64,000 nt of DNA from Myxococcales bacterium (lineage in GTDB: Bacteria; Myxococcota; Myxococcia; Myxococcales; JAKAPL01): the NCBI GenBank assembly GCA_021807105.1, contig JAKAPL010000001.1, forward strand, positions 64,469 through 128,468. Reading direction: 5' to 3'. Below the pieces are notes generated by a model. That model searched no databases and was not told where the DNA came from. It worked only from the letters and a program-made list of their open reading frames with translations. Shown piece by piece: positions 19,129 to 28,847 of the stretch (within the stretch, counting starts at the first letter, position 1; every line of letters begins with the position of its first letter). The translations under genes and the position numbers were made by a program.

Positions 19129-20697
19129 TCAGGGCTTCACGGGGGGGGCGGCGACGAAGACCGACTTGAGATCATCGTCGGTGAAGTAGAAGCCGCCGCC
19201 CAGGAAGAGCTCCCGGCCGCCGAGCGTGTAGCCGCGCGAGAGCGGCGCGACGGTGTTGCGCACCGCGCAGTTCCAGGCGAAGCCGCTGGCGCCCTGGCAG
19301 TTGATGATGTCGTCGGCACCCCCCCGGACCTCGAAGTGATCGAGGAAGCGCCAGGTGAGGTAGGTCCGCAGGCGGGGATACGGCTGGAAGTAGTCGTCGA
19401 AGTCGAACAGGTCCGCCGTGAAGGAGAGCTGCCGTTCGAAGAAGTCGACGTCCATCCCGCCGCCGGCGGTGCTCTCGATCATCCCCAGGCGGAAGGTGGC
19501 GGGGCCGTAGCGCTTGGCGAACTCGGCGGAGAATTTGAACGACCGCGAGGTGCTCGTGATCTCCTGGGTGGCCGGCTGGAGCGCGGTCGGCGAGCTGTTG
19601 GTGTTGTAGGTGAAGGAGGGCGTGCCGCGCGAGTCGTCCACGAGCTGGAGCAGGTAGTACTTGTCGGGCTTGGGGATCAGCTTCAGGTTCAGGTAGCCCT
19701 TCGCCGCCTGCTCCCCGAAGAGGTAGTCGTCCTGCAGGGAGACCTCGGTCTGGATCCCGGTGATCTTGTTCACGAAGTCCGAGACGCTGTTGGCCGCCTG
19801 GTCGATCCGGTCGGCGAGCGCGTCGTCGTTGACGAGCCGGCCGAGGGTCCCCTGCCCTCCCGCGACCTTCTTGGTGATCGTCTCGACGTTGCGGATCGAC
19901 TCGTCCAAGTGGTGCAGCGTCTCGCGCAGCCCCTGGAAGTTCTCGGCGAGCTGCCCCTTGTTCGCCCCGAGGATCTGATCGAGCGTGGCGAGCGCGTCGC
20001 GCGCCTCCTCGGAGGCGACGCGGACGTTCTCGACGATCTGCCCGACGCTCCCCTGCTGCGCGGCGGTGATCTGCGCGATCTGCGCCGACAGCCGCTGGAA
20101 GTTCGCGAGCGTCTCCTGGAGCTGCTCGCCGTTGTTGGCCACCACCTCGTTGAGCGACTCGGTGAGGTCGGCGATGTTCCCGACGATCCCTTGGATCGAT
20201 CCGGTCTCCCCGGCGAGCATGTCTTTCAGCTCGCGGGTCACCTCCCGGATGTCCTCGGTCGTCTTGCCGAGCGCCCGGAAGACCTGCTGCACGCCCTGCT
20301 CGTCGTAGACGTTCGGGATCCGCCCGCCGTCGGGCAGGAGCGGGGCGCCCTCCTTGCCGGGGTAGAGCTCCAGCACGTACTCGCCGAGGAGGGACGCGGA
20401 GCGCTTGGTGAGGGCCGCGTCGGCGTGCACCGGGACGCTCTTCTTGATCCGGACGGCGAGCCGCGCGTACTCGCCCTGGTAGAGCGAGACGCCCTCGACC
20501 TCCCCCACGGGGATGCCCGCGATCTCGATCGGGGTCTTCTTCTCGATCCCGGTCGCGTCGTGGAAGAGCGCGTAGAACGAGAGGCTGTTCTTCTGCGAGA
20601 GCCCGCCCTTGTGGACGTAGGCGTAGAAGCCGATGAAGGCGGCGAGGGCGGCGAGGACGAGGAGCCCGACGCGGAAGGGCGTGACGATCCGGTTCAT
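19129..20697 (-). CDS. mlaD: MlaD/MCE-domain protein with a long helical region and a large C-terminal extension
   Basis: N-terminal TM helix plus MCE domain (IEIAGIPVGEVEGVSL). About 200 aa of helical repeats, then a beta-rich C-terminus. The start overlaps the mlaF stop (ATGA). Confidence 0.82.
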   Translation of the reverse strand: MNRIVTPFRVGLLVLAALAAFIGFYAYVHKGGLSQKNSLSFYALFHDATGIEKKTPIEIAGIPVGEVEGVSLYQGEYARLAVRIKKSVPVHADAALTKRSASLLGEYVLELYPGKEGAPLLPDGGRIPNVYDEQGVQQVFRALGKTTEDIREVTRELKDMLAGETGSIQGIVGNIADLTESLNEVVANNGEQLQETLANFQRLSAQIAQITAAQQGSVGQIVENVRVASEEARDALATLDQILGANKGQLAENFQGLRETLHHLDESIRNVETITKKVAGGQGTLGRLVNDDALADRIDQAANSVSDFVNKITGIQTEVSLQDDYLFGEQAAKGYLNLKLIPKPDKYYLLQLVDDSRGTPSFTYNTNSSPTALQPATQEITSTSRSFKFSAEFAKRYGPATFRLGMIESTAGGGMDVDFFERQLSFTADLFDFDDYFQPYPRLRTYLTWRFLDHFEVRGGADDIINCQGASGFAWNCAVRNTVAPLSRGYTLGGRELFLGGGFYFTDDDLKSVFVAAPPVKP

Positions 20698-21434
20698 CGC
20701 CGCTGGTACCAGAGGGCGAGGAAGCGGCGCACGAACGGCTGGCGCGATTCGCGAAGCTCGGCTGGCGTCCCCTCGGCGACGACCGCCCCTTCGTGGAGCA
20801 CGGCGCAGCGGTCGGCGATCGCGAAGGCGCTGCCGATGTCGTGGCTGATCACGACCGAGGTCACCCCGACCCGCTCCTGGGCCGAGACGATCATCTCGTC
20901 CACGTACTCGGTCGCGATGGGGTCGAGCCCGGTCGTCGGCTCATCGTACAGGACGATCTTCGGATCGAGGGCGAGCGCGCGGGCGAGCGCGACCCGCTTG
21001 CGCATGCCGCCGGACATCTCCTCCGGGTATCGGTCGTCGATGCCCCGCAGGCCGACCACGTCGAGCTTCTCGTGGACCCGGTCGGCGATCTCCCGCCTCG
21101 GGAGTCCCCCGCGCTCGACGAGCGGGAAGGCCACGTTGTCGAAGACGTTGAGCGAGTCGAAGAGCGCCGCGGACTGGAAGACCATCCCGAATTTACGCCG
21201 CACGCGGGCGAGGCCGTGCTCGGAGAGCCCCTGGATCTCCTCGCCGTCGACCCTCACCGTTCCGCGGTCCGGGGTGAGCAGGCCGATCATGTGCTTCATC
21301 AGCACCGACTTGCCGGAGCCCGAGCTGCCGAGGATGACGGTCGTCGTCCCCTCCTCGACCGCGAGGTCCACCCCCCGCAGGACGTGGTTCTCCCCGAAGG
21401 ACCGGTGGAGCCCCGAGACCTCGATCATCGCCAT
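20694..21434 (-). CDS. mlaF: ABC transporter ATP-binding protein MlaF
   Basis: Walker A GSSGSGKS, signature MSGGMRKRVALARAL, Walker B VLYDEPTTGLD. Start at MAMIEVSGL (21434); the upstream part of the track ORF lies in the family-B repeat. Confidence 0.9.
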   Translation of the reverse strand: MAMIEVSGLHRSFGENHVLRGVDLAVEEGTTTVILGSSGSGKSVLMKHMIGLLTPDRGTVRVDGEEIQGLSEHGLARVRRKFGMVFQSAALFDSLNVFDNVAFPLVERGGLPRREIADRVHEKLDVVGLRGIDDRYPEEMSGGMRKRVALARALALDPKIVLYDEPTTGLDPIATEYVDEMIVSAQERVGVTSVVISHDIGSAFAIADRCAVLHEGAVVAEGTPAELRESRQPFVRRFLALWYQRR

Positions 21435-21622
21435 CTGGGAGACCGGTGTCCCATGGGCATCGTCGCGAGAGGGCCGAGACCGAAGCGAGGCGGGCGCCCG
21501 CGGGGTGAGCAGCGGAAACGTACGCTGATTGCAGTACGTTGACCAGCGAAGCGACGAGGCCGCCCGTCGCAGCGAAGGGATCGGCTTTCGCGGTAGGCAG
21601 CCATTGGACATCGATCTCCTAG
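21435..21622 (-). repeat. Family-B foldback element copy B2 (188 bp) between mlaE and mlaF
   Basis: Same length and internal sequence as B1 (GCGAAAGCCGATCCCTTCGCT...AACGTAC...GTACGTTTCCGCT). Arms are CTAGGAGATCGATGTCCAATGG and CCATGGGACACCGGTCTCCCAG. CTAG 21619-21622 carries the mlaE stop. Confidence 0.8.
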
Positions 21623-22473
21623 CGCAGCCCGTGGGTGTGGAGCGTCCAGAACGGGCTGAGCAGCACGGAGAGGAAGTAATCGGAGACGAGGACGACGACC
21701 GAGGCCATCACCACCGCCTCGTTGGTCGCCCGCCCCACCCCCTTCGCGCCCCCCCGCGCGTGGAACCCCTTGTAGCAGGCGATGATCGCGATCAGGAGGC
21801 CGAAGACCGCCGCCTTGATGAGCCCTCCTTCGATGTCCTGCGGGTCCACCCACGTCCGGATGCGGGAGAGGAACGAGGCCGCCGAGACGCCCTGGCCGAA
21901 GACCGCGACGGTGTACGCCCCGGCGATCCCGACGCCGTCGAAGAGCAGGGTCAGCACGGGCATCATCACGATCGTCGCCACCACCCGCGGCGCGACCAGG
22001 TACTGGAGCGGGCTCACGGCCATCGTCGCGAGCGCGTCGATCTGCTCGGTGACCCGCATCGACCCCAGCTCGGTCGCCATCGTCGACCCGACCCGCGCCG
22101 TCACCATGAGCCCGGCGAAGACCGGGGCCAACTCGCGGGCGAGGGCGAGCGCGACGGTCGCCCCGACGAGCCCGGTCGCGTCGAACATCGAGAAGGCGTG
22201 GTAGGTCTGCACGGCGAAGACCATTCCGGTGAAGAGCCCGGTGATCCCGACGACGAAGATCGATCCCACGCCGACGAAGTCGAGCTGCTCGAAGAGGAGT
22301 CGGATCCGCCAGGGCGGCCGGAGCGTCCAGACGATCGCCTGCACGAACAGCTCCGCCATTCCCCCGATCTCCTCGACGAGCCGCAGCGTCGAGGAGCCGA
22401 CGCTCACCACCGCCTCCCGCGCCTCGTGCGCCGCGGAGGCGATCGCGCCGGGCGGGCCGAGATCGTCGTTCAT
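21619..22473 (-). CDS. mlaE: ABC transporter permease MlaE
   Basis: 284 aa. The MlaE/YrbE pattern REL.PV......ARVGS..A.ELG.M.V.EQIDAL..M is present. Confidence 0.9.
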   Translation of the reverse strand: MNDDLGPPGAIASAAHEAREAVVSVGSSTLRLVEEIGGMAELFVQAIVWTLRPPWRIRLLFEQLDFVGVGSIFVVGITGLFTGMVFAVQTYHAFSMFDATGLVGATVALALARELAPVFAGLMVTARVGSTMATELGSMRVTEQIDALATMAVSPLQYLVAPRVVATIVMMPVLTLLFDGVGIAGAYTVAVFGQGVSAASFLSRIRTWVDPQDIEGGLIKAAVFGLLIAIIACYKGFHARGGAKGVGRATNEAVVMASVVVLVSDYFLSVLLSPFWTLHTHGLR

Positions 22474-22486
22474 GGGCCGAGCCCGT

Positions 22487-23629
22487 TCACGGCACCCCCA
22501 CCCTCGGGACCCGCGGCCCGATGCCGCAGAAGATTTCGTAGGGGATCGTCCCCGCGGCGGCGGCCAGCTCCTGGACCGTGATCTCGTCCTCCCCCTGCCG
22601 CCCGATGAGGACGACCGGATCCCCCACTCGCGCGGCGGGCGCGTCGGTCACGTCGATGATCGTCAGATCCATGGTGATCGCGCCGGCGACCGGCACCCGG
22701 CGTCCCCGGACGAGCACCGCGATCCTGCCCGTCATGCTCCTCCGGTAGCCGTCGGCGTAGCCCACGGGGAGCACGGCCAGGCTGCTCGGCCGCGCGGTCC
22801 GGTAGAGGCCGCCGTAGCTCACCGGGTAGCCCGCCGGGACGCGCTTGATCTGGAGGATCTCGGTGACCCACGAGAGCGCGGGCCGGAGCCGAACCTTGTC
22901 CGCGAGGCGCGGCGCCGGCACGTGACCGTAGAGGGCGAGGCCGGGCCGGACGAGCGCGCGGCACGCCTCCGGCATCTCGAGGGCCGCCGCCGTGTTCGCG
23001 AGGTGTTGTTCGAACGGCGGGAACCCCAGGTCGCGGAAGACCTTGACCGCGGCGTCGAGGCGGGCCATCTGGGCGCGGGAGGTCTCCTCGTCGCCCGTGT
23101 CGGCGTTCGCGAGGTGGCTCATCACGGCCGCGACCGGGATCCCCATGGACCGCGCGAGCGCGGCGAAGCCCCCGACCTCCCCGGGCAAGAGCCCGAGCCG
23201 TCCCATCCCCGTGTCGATCTTGACGTGGACCGCCGGGATCCGCCCTCCGCGGCGCGCGGCGGCGGCGGCGAGCGGCGCGAGCTGGGCCTCGGAGAAGACG
23301 ACCGGGGTCAGGCGCTCTTGCAGGGCGAGGTCGAGCTGCGGCTCGAAGATCCCGTCGAGGACGAGGATCGGCGTCTGGATCCCCGCCTCGCGCAGGGCGA
23401 TCCCCTCCTCGGCGACGGCCACCCCGAGCCAGTCGACGCGCGCCGCCGCGAGCGCCCTGGCGACGAGGACCGCCCCGTGTCCGTACGCGTCGGCCTTGAC
23501 CACCCCGATGATCGACGTGGCGCGCGGGAGCACCCGGCGCAGCTCCGCGAGGTTGTGGGCGATGGCCGAGGCGGAGACGAGCGCCCGCGTCGGGCGGACC
23601 GGGACCGCCGGCCGCAGGTCGGAGGACAC
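22487..23629 (-). CDS. alr: Alanine racemase
   Basis: 380 aa. PLP-Lys motif VVKADAYGHG, and YG...P.......L.P.L.....I..K. GTG start. Confidence 0.92.
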   Translation of the reverse strand: MSSDLRPAVPVRPTRALVSASAIAHNLAELRRVLPRATSIIGVVKADAYGHGAVLVARALAAARVDWLGVAVAEEGIALREAGIQTPILVLDGIFEPQLDLALQERLTPVVFSEAQLAPLAAAAARRGGRIPAVHVKIDTGMGRLGLLPGEVGGFAALARSMGIPVAAVMSHLANADTGDEETSRAQMARLDAAVKVFRDLGFPPFEQHLANTAAALEMPEACRALVRPGLALYGHVPAPRLADKVRLRPALSWVTEILQIKRVPAGYPVSYGGLYRTARPSSLAVLPVGYADGYRRSMTGRIAVLVRGRRVPVAGAITMDLTIIDVTDAPAARVGDPVVLIGRQGEDEITVQELAAAAGTIPYEIFCGIGPRVPRVGVP

Positions 23630-23848
23630 CCGCAGCAGCTATCCACGGGGTGGAGGGCCTGTCAAGAAAAGCGCGGTGCCGTTCCTCGCCGGCGGCGCCC
23701 GACGGGCCAGCCATCGGGCCTCGCGAACGAGAGCGGAAGCGGGCGGTCCCGCTCGGGCGACGCCGTCCATGGCCCGACACCGCCCGCCCAGGAGCCACCC
23801 CGGAATTGGAGGTGAGAGCGGGCGGGGAGCCCGCGGGATCTCGCTCAG

Positions 23849-24057
23849 CCCGTCTTATTCACGGTACGGCGTAGCGAGGCGTTCGAGACCGCAGCCGAGA
23901 AGGGCAAGCGAGAGCGACGACCGACGAGGCGTGCGTAAAGCACGCCGCAGGAGGAAGGAGCGAGCACACCCCCCCATGTCGTTGTAGGGGTGGCAAGCCC
24001 CCCCTTCGGGAGGCGCGGGATCGGACGCCGCAGCAGCCGGACCGTGAATAAGACGGG
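23849..24057 (+). mobile_element. Family-A MITE copy A3 (209 bp), flanked by CTCAG/CTCAG
   Basis: Termini CCCGTCTTATTCACGG / CCGTGAATAAGACGGG. 5-bp repeats at 23844-23848 and 24058-24062. Carries the GTCGTTGTAGGGGTGGCAAGCC internal module. Confidence 0.85.
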
Positions 24058-24224
24058 CTCAGGAGCACGCACCTGGCGACCAGAAGGCCGAAGAACCTCT
24101 TCGAGGAAGAGGCGGCATCCGACCCTGCCGAGCCTCTGGGTCGAGGATTTGAGCTGCCCGCCAGGTTGACATCCTGCCGCCCTGGAGCATACAGCCCAGA
24201 GCTTCAGGAGGTCGGAAGGCTCCC

Positions 24225-25427
24225 ATGAAAGCGCCCTGCTCCCTCTTTGCTGCCTGCGCCCTGTCCATCGCCGCCCGTGGGGCCGAGCCGCCGCCGCTCG
24301 AGAGCGCGACCGGCGCGAACGGCCCCGGCGCGGCCGAGGGGCTCGGACGATCGCGGGGAGGCCCCCTGGTCGTCGCCGGCTACGCCCATAGCTGCGCGAC
24401 CGACGTGGCCGGGAAGGTCTTCTGTTGGGGCGACAATTCGAAAGGTGAGCTCGGGAACGGCGGCACGGCCTCGTCGGCGGTCCCGGTCGAGGTCTACGGG
24501 CTCCCGGGGCCCGTGACCGCCCTCTCCGCCGGCGGCGGCTATACCTGCGCGGTCTCCGCCGGCCGCGTCTACTGCTGGGGCGACGATTACTTCGGCGGGC
24601 TCGGCGACGGGAAGGTGCAGGCGGTGGATCCCTCGCCCGTGGCGTTCGGAGGCCCGGCACTCGAGGGGACGCGCTTCACCGACGTCCGGACCGAGGCGGA
24701 CTCGATGACCGTCTGCGCCCTCGCCGACACGGGCCAGGTCTGGTGCGCCGGCTACAACAACCACGGCCAGCTCGGCGCCGGCATCACGAACGATTCTCCG
24801 TTCCCGGTCCGGGTGAGGAACGTGACGGGCCCGATCGTCGCCCGCTCGCTCGCGGTGGGCGGCGACTTCGGCTGCGCGACCGCCGTGGACCCGGCCCATT
24901 ACGCCTGCTGGGGCGACAACGACCACGGCCAGTTCGGCAACGTGAGCGCGGCTGGCTCGCTCTTCGCGACCCTCGTCCCCGGGACGTACGCGCTCCTGTT
25001 CGCCGGCGCGGGTTCGGTCTGCGGGCTCGTCCCCGGACGGCCGCTCGAGTGCTGGGGCGCGGGGGCCGGCGGGCAGCGCGCCCACGGCGGCTGGAGCGAC
25101 GGCTACATGGTGAGCAAACTGCCCAACGTCGTGAACCTCTCCCTGGGCGCCTCCCACACCTGCGCGGTCGTCGAGGACGGGCGCGTCTTCTGCTGGGGCG
25201 ACAACGGATCGGGCCAGCTCGGGGACGGCAGCATGACGAACCAGGACGCGCCCGTGAAGACCGTGCAGGGGCTGCCGCCGGCGGCGGCCGTCGCCGCGGG
25301 CCTCTACCACACCTGCGCCGCCACCCAGGACGGCCACATCTGGTGCTGGGGCTGGAACAGCAGCGGCGAGGTCGGCCCGAAGGTCCGGATCGGGGACAAG
25401 GCGGGGACCCCGGTGCTCGTCCGGTAG
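24225..25427 (+). CDS. Secreted RCC1-repeat (beta-propeller) protein
   Basis: Signal peptide, then seven repeats of the type H.CA....G.V.CWG.N..GQLG. Confidence 0.85.
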   Translation: MKAPCSLFAACALSIAARGAEPPPLESATGANGPGAAEGLGRSRGGPLVVAGYAHSCATDVAGKVFCWGDNSKGELGNGGTASSAVPVEVYGLPGPVTALSAGGGYTCAVSAGRVYCWGDDYFGGLGDGKVQAVDPSPVAFGGPALEGTRFTDVRTEADSMTVCALADTGQVWCAGYNNHGQLGAGITNDSPFPVRVRNVTGPIVARSLAVGGDFGCATAVDPAHYACWGDNDHGQFGNVSAAGSLFATLVPGTYALLFAGAGSVCGLVPGRPLECWGAGAGGQRAHGGWSDGYMVSKLPNVVNLSLGASHTCAVVEDGRVFCWGDNGSGQLGDGSMTNQDAPVKTVQGLPPAAAVAAGLYHTCAATQDGHIWCWGWNSSGEVGPKVRIGDKAGTPVLVR

Positions 25428-25671
25428 GGTCCCCCGGAGAAAGGCCGCTCAAAGACGAGCGGAGGCCTTCGCCGGCAAGACGGACAGCCTGAACCTCATC
25501 GGGCACGGGGCCTTAAGAACGTGGCTCGGGAGCCGGAACGGGAGCGGCTCCTGCCGGACGGGCAGGGTCGGCCGCCTCCATGGGTTCAAGCGGGTTCACG
25601 TCCAGGAAGCGGGGCAGCTCCTCCCCGCCCGGGACTTGACGCAGAGCCGGCCGGCTGTTCGGATACGCGGC

Positions 25672-28599
25672 ATGAGAGCCCTCCCCCTCCTCCTCGTCCT
25701 CCCGATCTCCCTCGCGTGCGGCTCGCACGCCAACGGACCCCACGACGGCGGCTCGTCCGTGCCCCAGGACGCGGGCACCGGGCTGGAGAGCATCCCCCTC
25801 ACGAACAGCTTCTCCGCGCCGGGCCTCACCGGGCCGGTGGACGCCGTCCGCGACACCTGGGGCAACCCGCACATCTACGGGTCGAGCTTGCCGGATCTCG
25901 CCTACGCCCAGGGCTACCTCGAGGCTCACGACCGGATCATCGCGATGGATTTCAGCCGTCATTACGCGGACGGGTCGCTCTGCTATCTCATCGGCACGCT
26001 GGAGCCGGCGGTCGTCGCCGGAGACGTCCAGATGCGCGCAAACCACCTGCGCGACCAGGCGCACGCGAACCTCCTCGCGCTCCAGGCGTCGAGCGATCCC
26101 ACGGACCAGCTCCTGCTCGCGGCGCTCACGCGGTTCGCCGCCGGGATCAACGCCTACGCGAACGACCTAGCGGCCGGGAAGTGGCAGACCCCGGCGGCCG
26201 CGTTCGTCTGGCAGCCCGGGAGCTTCGTCCCCTGGACCGCCGAGGACTCGCTCTTGCTCGGAGAGCTGTTCGCCTACGAGCTGGCCTACGACGCGGCGGA
26301 CGAGATCACCGCGACGCTGGAGGCCCAGGAGGGGGCCGCGGCGTTCGATTCGGCGACCGACCCCGCGCTCAAGGCGCGCGCCGGCTTCGGGTTGGACCTG
26401 CAGATCACCGCGCCTTTCGACCCGACGTTCACCATCTCGGGCTGGACGGGCGCGGACGGCACGACCGCGCTGCGGCGGCGCGGCGTGCGGCGGCGCGGCG
26501 CCGGTACGCCCCTCCAGCTCCTGCGTGACGACCGGCGGGCGCTCGCCCAGAACGCGATCCTCGCGAGGCGGACGCGAAGCTTCGGGTCGAACAACTGGGT
26601 CGTGGGGCCCCAGCTCTCCGCGACCGGCCACGTGATGGTCGCCAACGACACCCACCTCTCGGTCGACAACCCGGCGACCTTCTGGATCGCCCACCTCGTC
26701 GATCACGGCGCCGACGGGCCGATCGACGTGATGGGCGAGCAGTTCCCCGGCGTGCCGGCGGTCACCCTGGGCGTCAACCGCCATGTCGCCTGGGGCGCGA
26801 CGGTCAACTACATCGACGTGACCGACGTGTACCAGGAGACGATCACCGACTGCGGCGACGACGCCGGCCCGTGCGCCCTGTTCCAGAACCAGCAGGTGCC
26901 GCTCGTCGCCCGGCAGGAGACCTTCCAGCTCGGCTACGCCGGCGCGGTCAGCAAGACCCTGACCTTCACGATGTACGACGTGCCCCACCACGGGCCGCTC
27001 ATCCCGCGCGTGGTGCAGGACGCGGCCGGCGACGTGACCGGCCTCTCGCCGCTGCGCGGGCAGGAGCTGTCGGTCCGGTACACCGGCTTCGAGACGTACG
27101 GGACGAGGATGCTCCTCAAGGCGGTCTTCGGCCTCGACCGGGCCGCCTCGATGCAGGAGGCGATCGCCGCGCTCGACCAGAACTTCCGGTACGGCGGCCA
27201 GAACTGGGTCGTGGGCGACGACCAGGGCCACTTCGGCTGGACGCAGACCATCCGCGTGCCGAGGCGCGCGCCGCCCGCGCCGCCGCAGATGAACCTGCCG
27301 TGGCACATCCTGCCCGGCGACGGCACCGCCGAGTGGGGCGCGGACATGGACCCGAAGTACATCCCCCACGCCTACGACCCGCCCCAGGGCTTCCTCGCCA
27401 CCGCGAACGCCGACCCGATCGGCGTGACGAAGGCGAACGACCCGTTCGTGGGACAGCCGCAGGTCGGCGGCGGCCCGCTCTACCTCGGCTGGGATTACGA
27501 CCCGGGGACGCGCGTGGGGAGGATCACCAAGCGGATCGAGGCGGGCGTGGATGGAGGGGCGCGGCTCACCCTCGACGACATGCAGTCGATCCAGGCCGAC
27601 GTCGTCACCGAGTGGGGGCAGGGCTTCGCCCCCACCTTCGTCGCGGCGGCCTCCGCCCTGATCGGCGAGGCGGCCGCGCTCGCCGCGGACGGCGGGGCGG
27701 GCCCGCACCCGGAGCTGGACGGCTACCTCGCCGCCGCCCAGGGCGCGGACGGCGGCTTCCCGGCCGCTCTCCTGGAGGACGCCCACGACCTCGTCGCCGG
27801 CTGGAGCTTCGACACGCCCGCGGGCGTCGCGGCCGACAACCCCACCGCGCAGCAGCAGGCCGACTCCAAGGCCACGCTCGTGATGGCCTACTGGATCTCC
27901 CACTTCGCCCACGACACGTTCGACGACGAGCTGGCGAAGCTCACCCCGCCGATCACGCCCGACACCGCCCAGGAGGAGAAGCTCCTCTACTTCCTCTGCG
28001 CGGATCCGCGGCCGACGTTCCTCTCGACCGGGATCTCGCCGGTGACGGGCGACTCGATCCTCTTCGACGACCTCGGGACGCCGGGGGTCGTCGAGAGCAA
28101 GCTCATGATCGCGAGCAAGGCGATCGTGGAGGCGATCGGCGCGATCGTCGCGACGCAAGGCCCCGACCCCGACAAGTGGGCGTGGGGCAACGTCCACACG
28201 CTCTCCCTGAACTTCCTGGGGTCCGCGAGCATCGCGCCCGCCTTGAACCTCCCGCCGCCCGGCGACACGCAGCACCCGAACGGCTACCCACGCCACGGGG
28301 ACAACGGAACGGTGGACGTGGCCGGCCACGGCCTCGACCTCACGAACTTCACCCAGGAGGACAACGGCCCGGCGATCCGCTTCGTCGCCGAGCTGGATCC
28401 GGCCGGTCCGAAGGCGCGAAACGCCCTCCCCGGCGGTGAGATCTTCGACCCCACCTCGCCCCACTACGACGACCAGCTCCAGCTCTGGCTCCAGAACAAG
28501 ACCTTCGACTTCGCGTTCGCCGACGCCGACGTCCTGGCGCAGGCCATGGCCGAGTACCAGAAGAACCAGATCGGCCGCTGGCGCTTCTCGCCGAAGTAG
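25672..28599 (+). CDS. Penicillin acylase / AHL-acylase family (Ntn hydrolase) lipoprotein
   Basis: Lipobox LPISLACGS. Autoprocessing site ...RRTRSFG|SNNWVVGP with the nucleophile Ser. ANDTHL, and a C-terminal GG..FDP.SPHY.DQ..LW motif. Confidence 0.9.
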   Translation: MRALPLLLVLPISLACGSHANGPHDGGSSVPQDAGTGLESIPLTNSFSAPGLTGPVDAVRDTWGNPHIYGSSLPDLAYAQGYLEAHDRIIAMDFSRHYADGSLCYLIGTLEPAVVAGDVQMRANHLRDQAHANLLALQASSDPTDQLLLAALTRFAAGINAYANDLAAGKWQTPAAAFVWQPGSFVPWTAEDSLLLGELFAYELAYDAADEITATLEAQEGAAAFDSATDPALKARAGFGLDLQITAPFDPTFTISGWTGADGTTALRRRGVRRRGAGTPLQLLRDDRRALAQNAILARRTRSFGSNNWVVGPQLSATGHVMVANDTHLSVDNPATFWIAHLVDHGADGPIDVMGEQFPGVPAVTLGVNRHVAWGATVNYIDVTDVYQETITDCGDDAGPCALFQNQQVPLVARQETFQLGYAGAVSKTLTFTMYDVPHHGPLIPRVVQDAAGDVTGLSPLRGQELSVRYTGFETYGTRMLLKAVFGLDRAASMQEAIAALDQNFRYGGQNWVVGDDQGHFGWTQTIRVPRRAPPAPPQMNLPWHILPGDGTAEWGADMDPKYIPHAYDPPQGFLATANADPIGVTKANDPFVGQPQVGGGPLYLGWDYDPGTRVGRITKRIEAGVDGGARLTLDDMQSIQADVVTEWGQGFAPTFVAAASALIGEAAALAADGGAGPHPELDGYLAAAQGADGGFPAALLEDAHDLVAGWSFDTPAGVAADNPTAQQQADSKATLVMAYWISHFAHDTFDDELAKLTPPITPDTAQEEKLLYFLCADPRPTFLSTGISPVTGDSILFDDLGTPGVVESKLMIASKAIVEAIGAIVATQGPDPDKWAWGNVHTLSLNFLGSASIAPALNLPPPGDTQHPNGYPRHGDNGTVDVAGHGLDLTNFTQEDNGPAIRFVAELDPAGPKARNALPGGEIFDPTSPHYDDQLQLWLQNKTFDFAFADADVLAQAMAEYQKNQIGRWRFSPK

Positions 28600-28847
28600 C
28601 CCGGTCAAGGGCGTTGCCTTTCCAGCGGTCCGCTCCTGTTGTGTTCCTCTCTGCTTCGCGAACCACCGGCGGTGGGGGACCTAAATCGAGGGCGTGAGGA
28701 TCGGTGCATCCCTGCCGGTGAACCAGTCGTTCCACGCCGGCTCACCCCTTCGCAGACGCAGGATCCACGCGGGTATCTCCGCGCCCTTGCTGGCGAATCC
28801 GCTTGTCCGTCACCGCGTTCCCTGGGGCCGACCTTCCCTCCGCTCCG

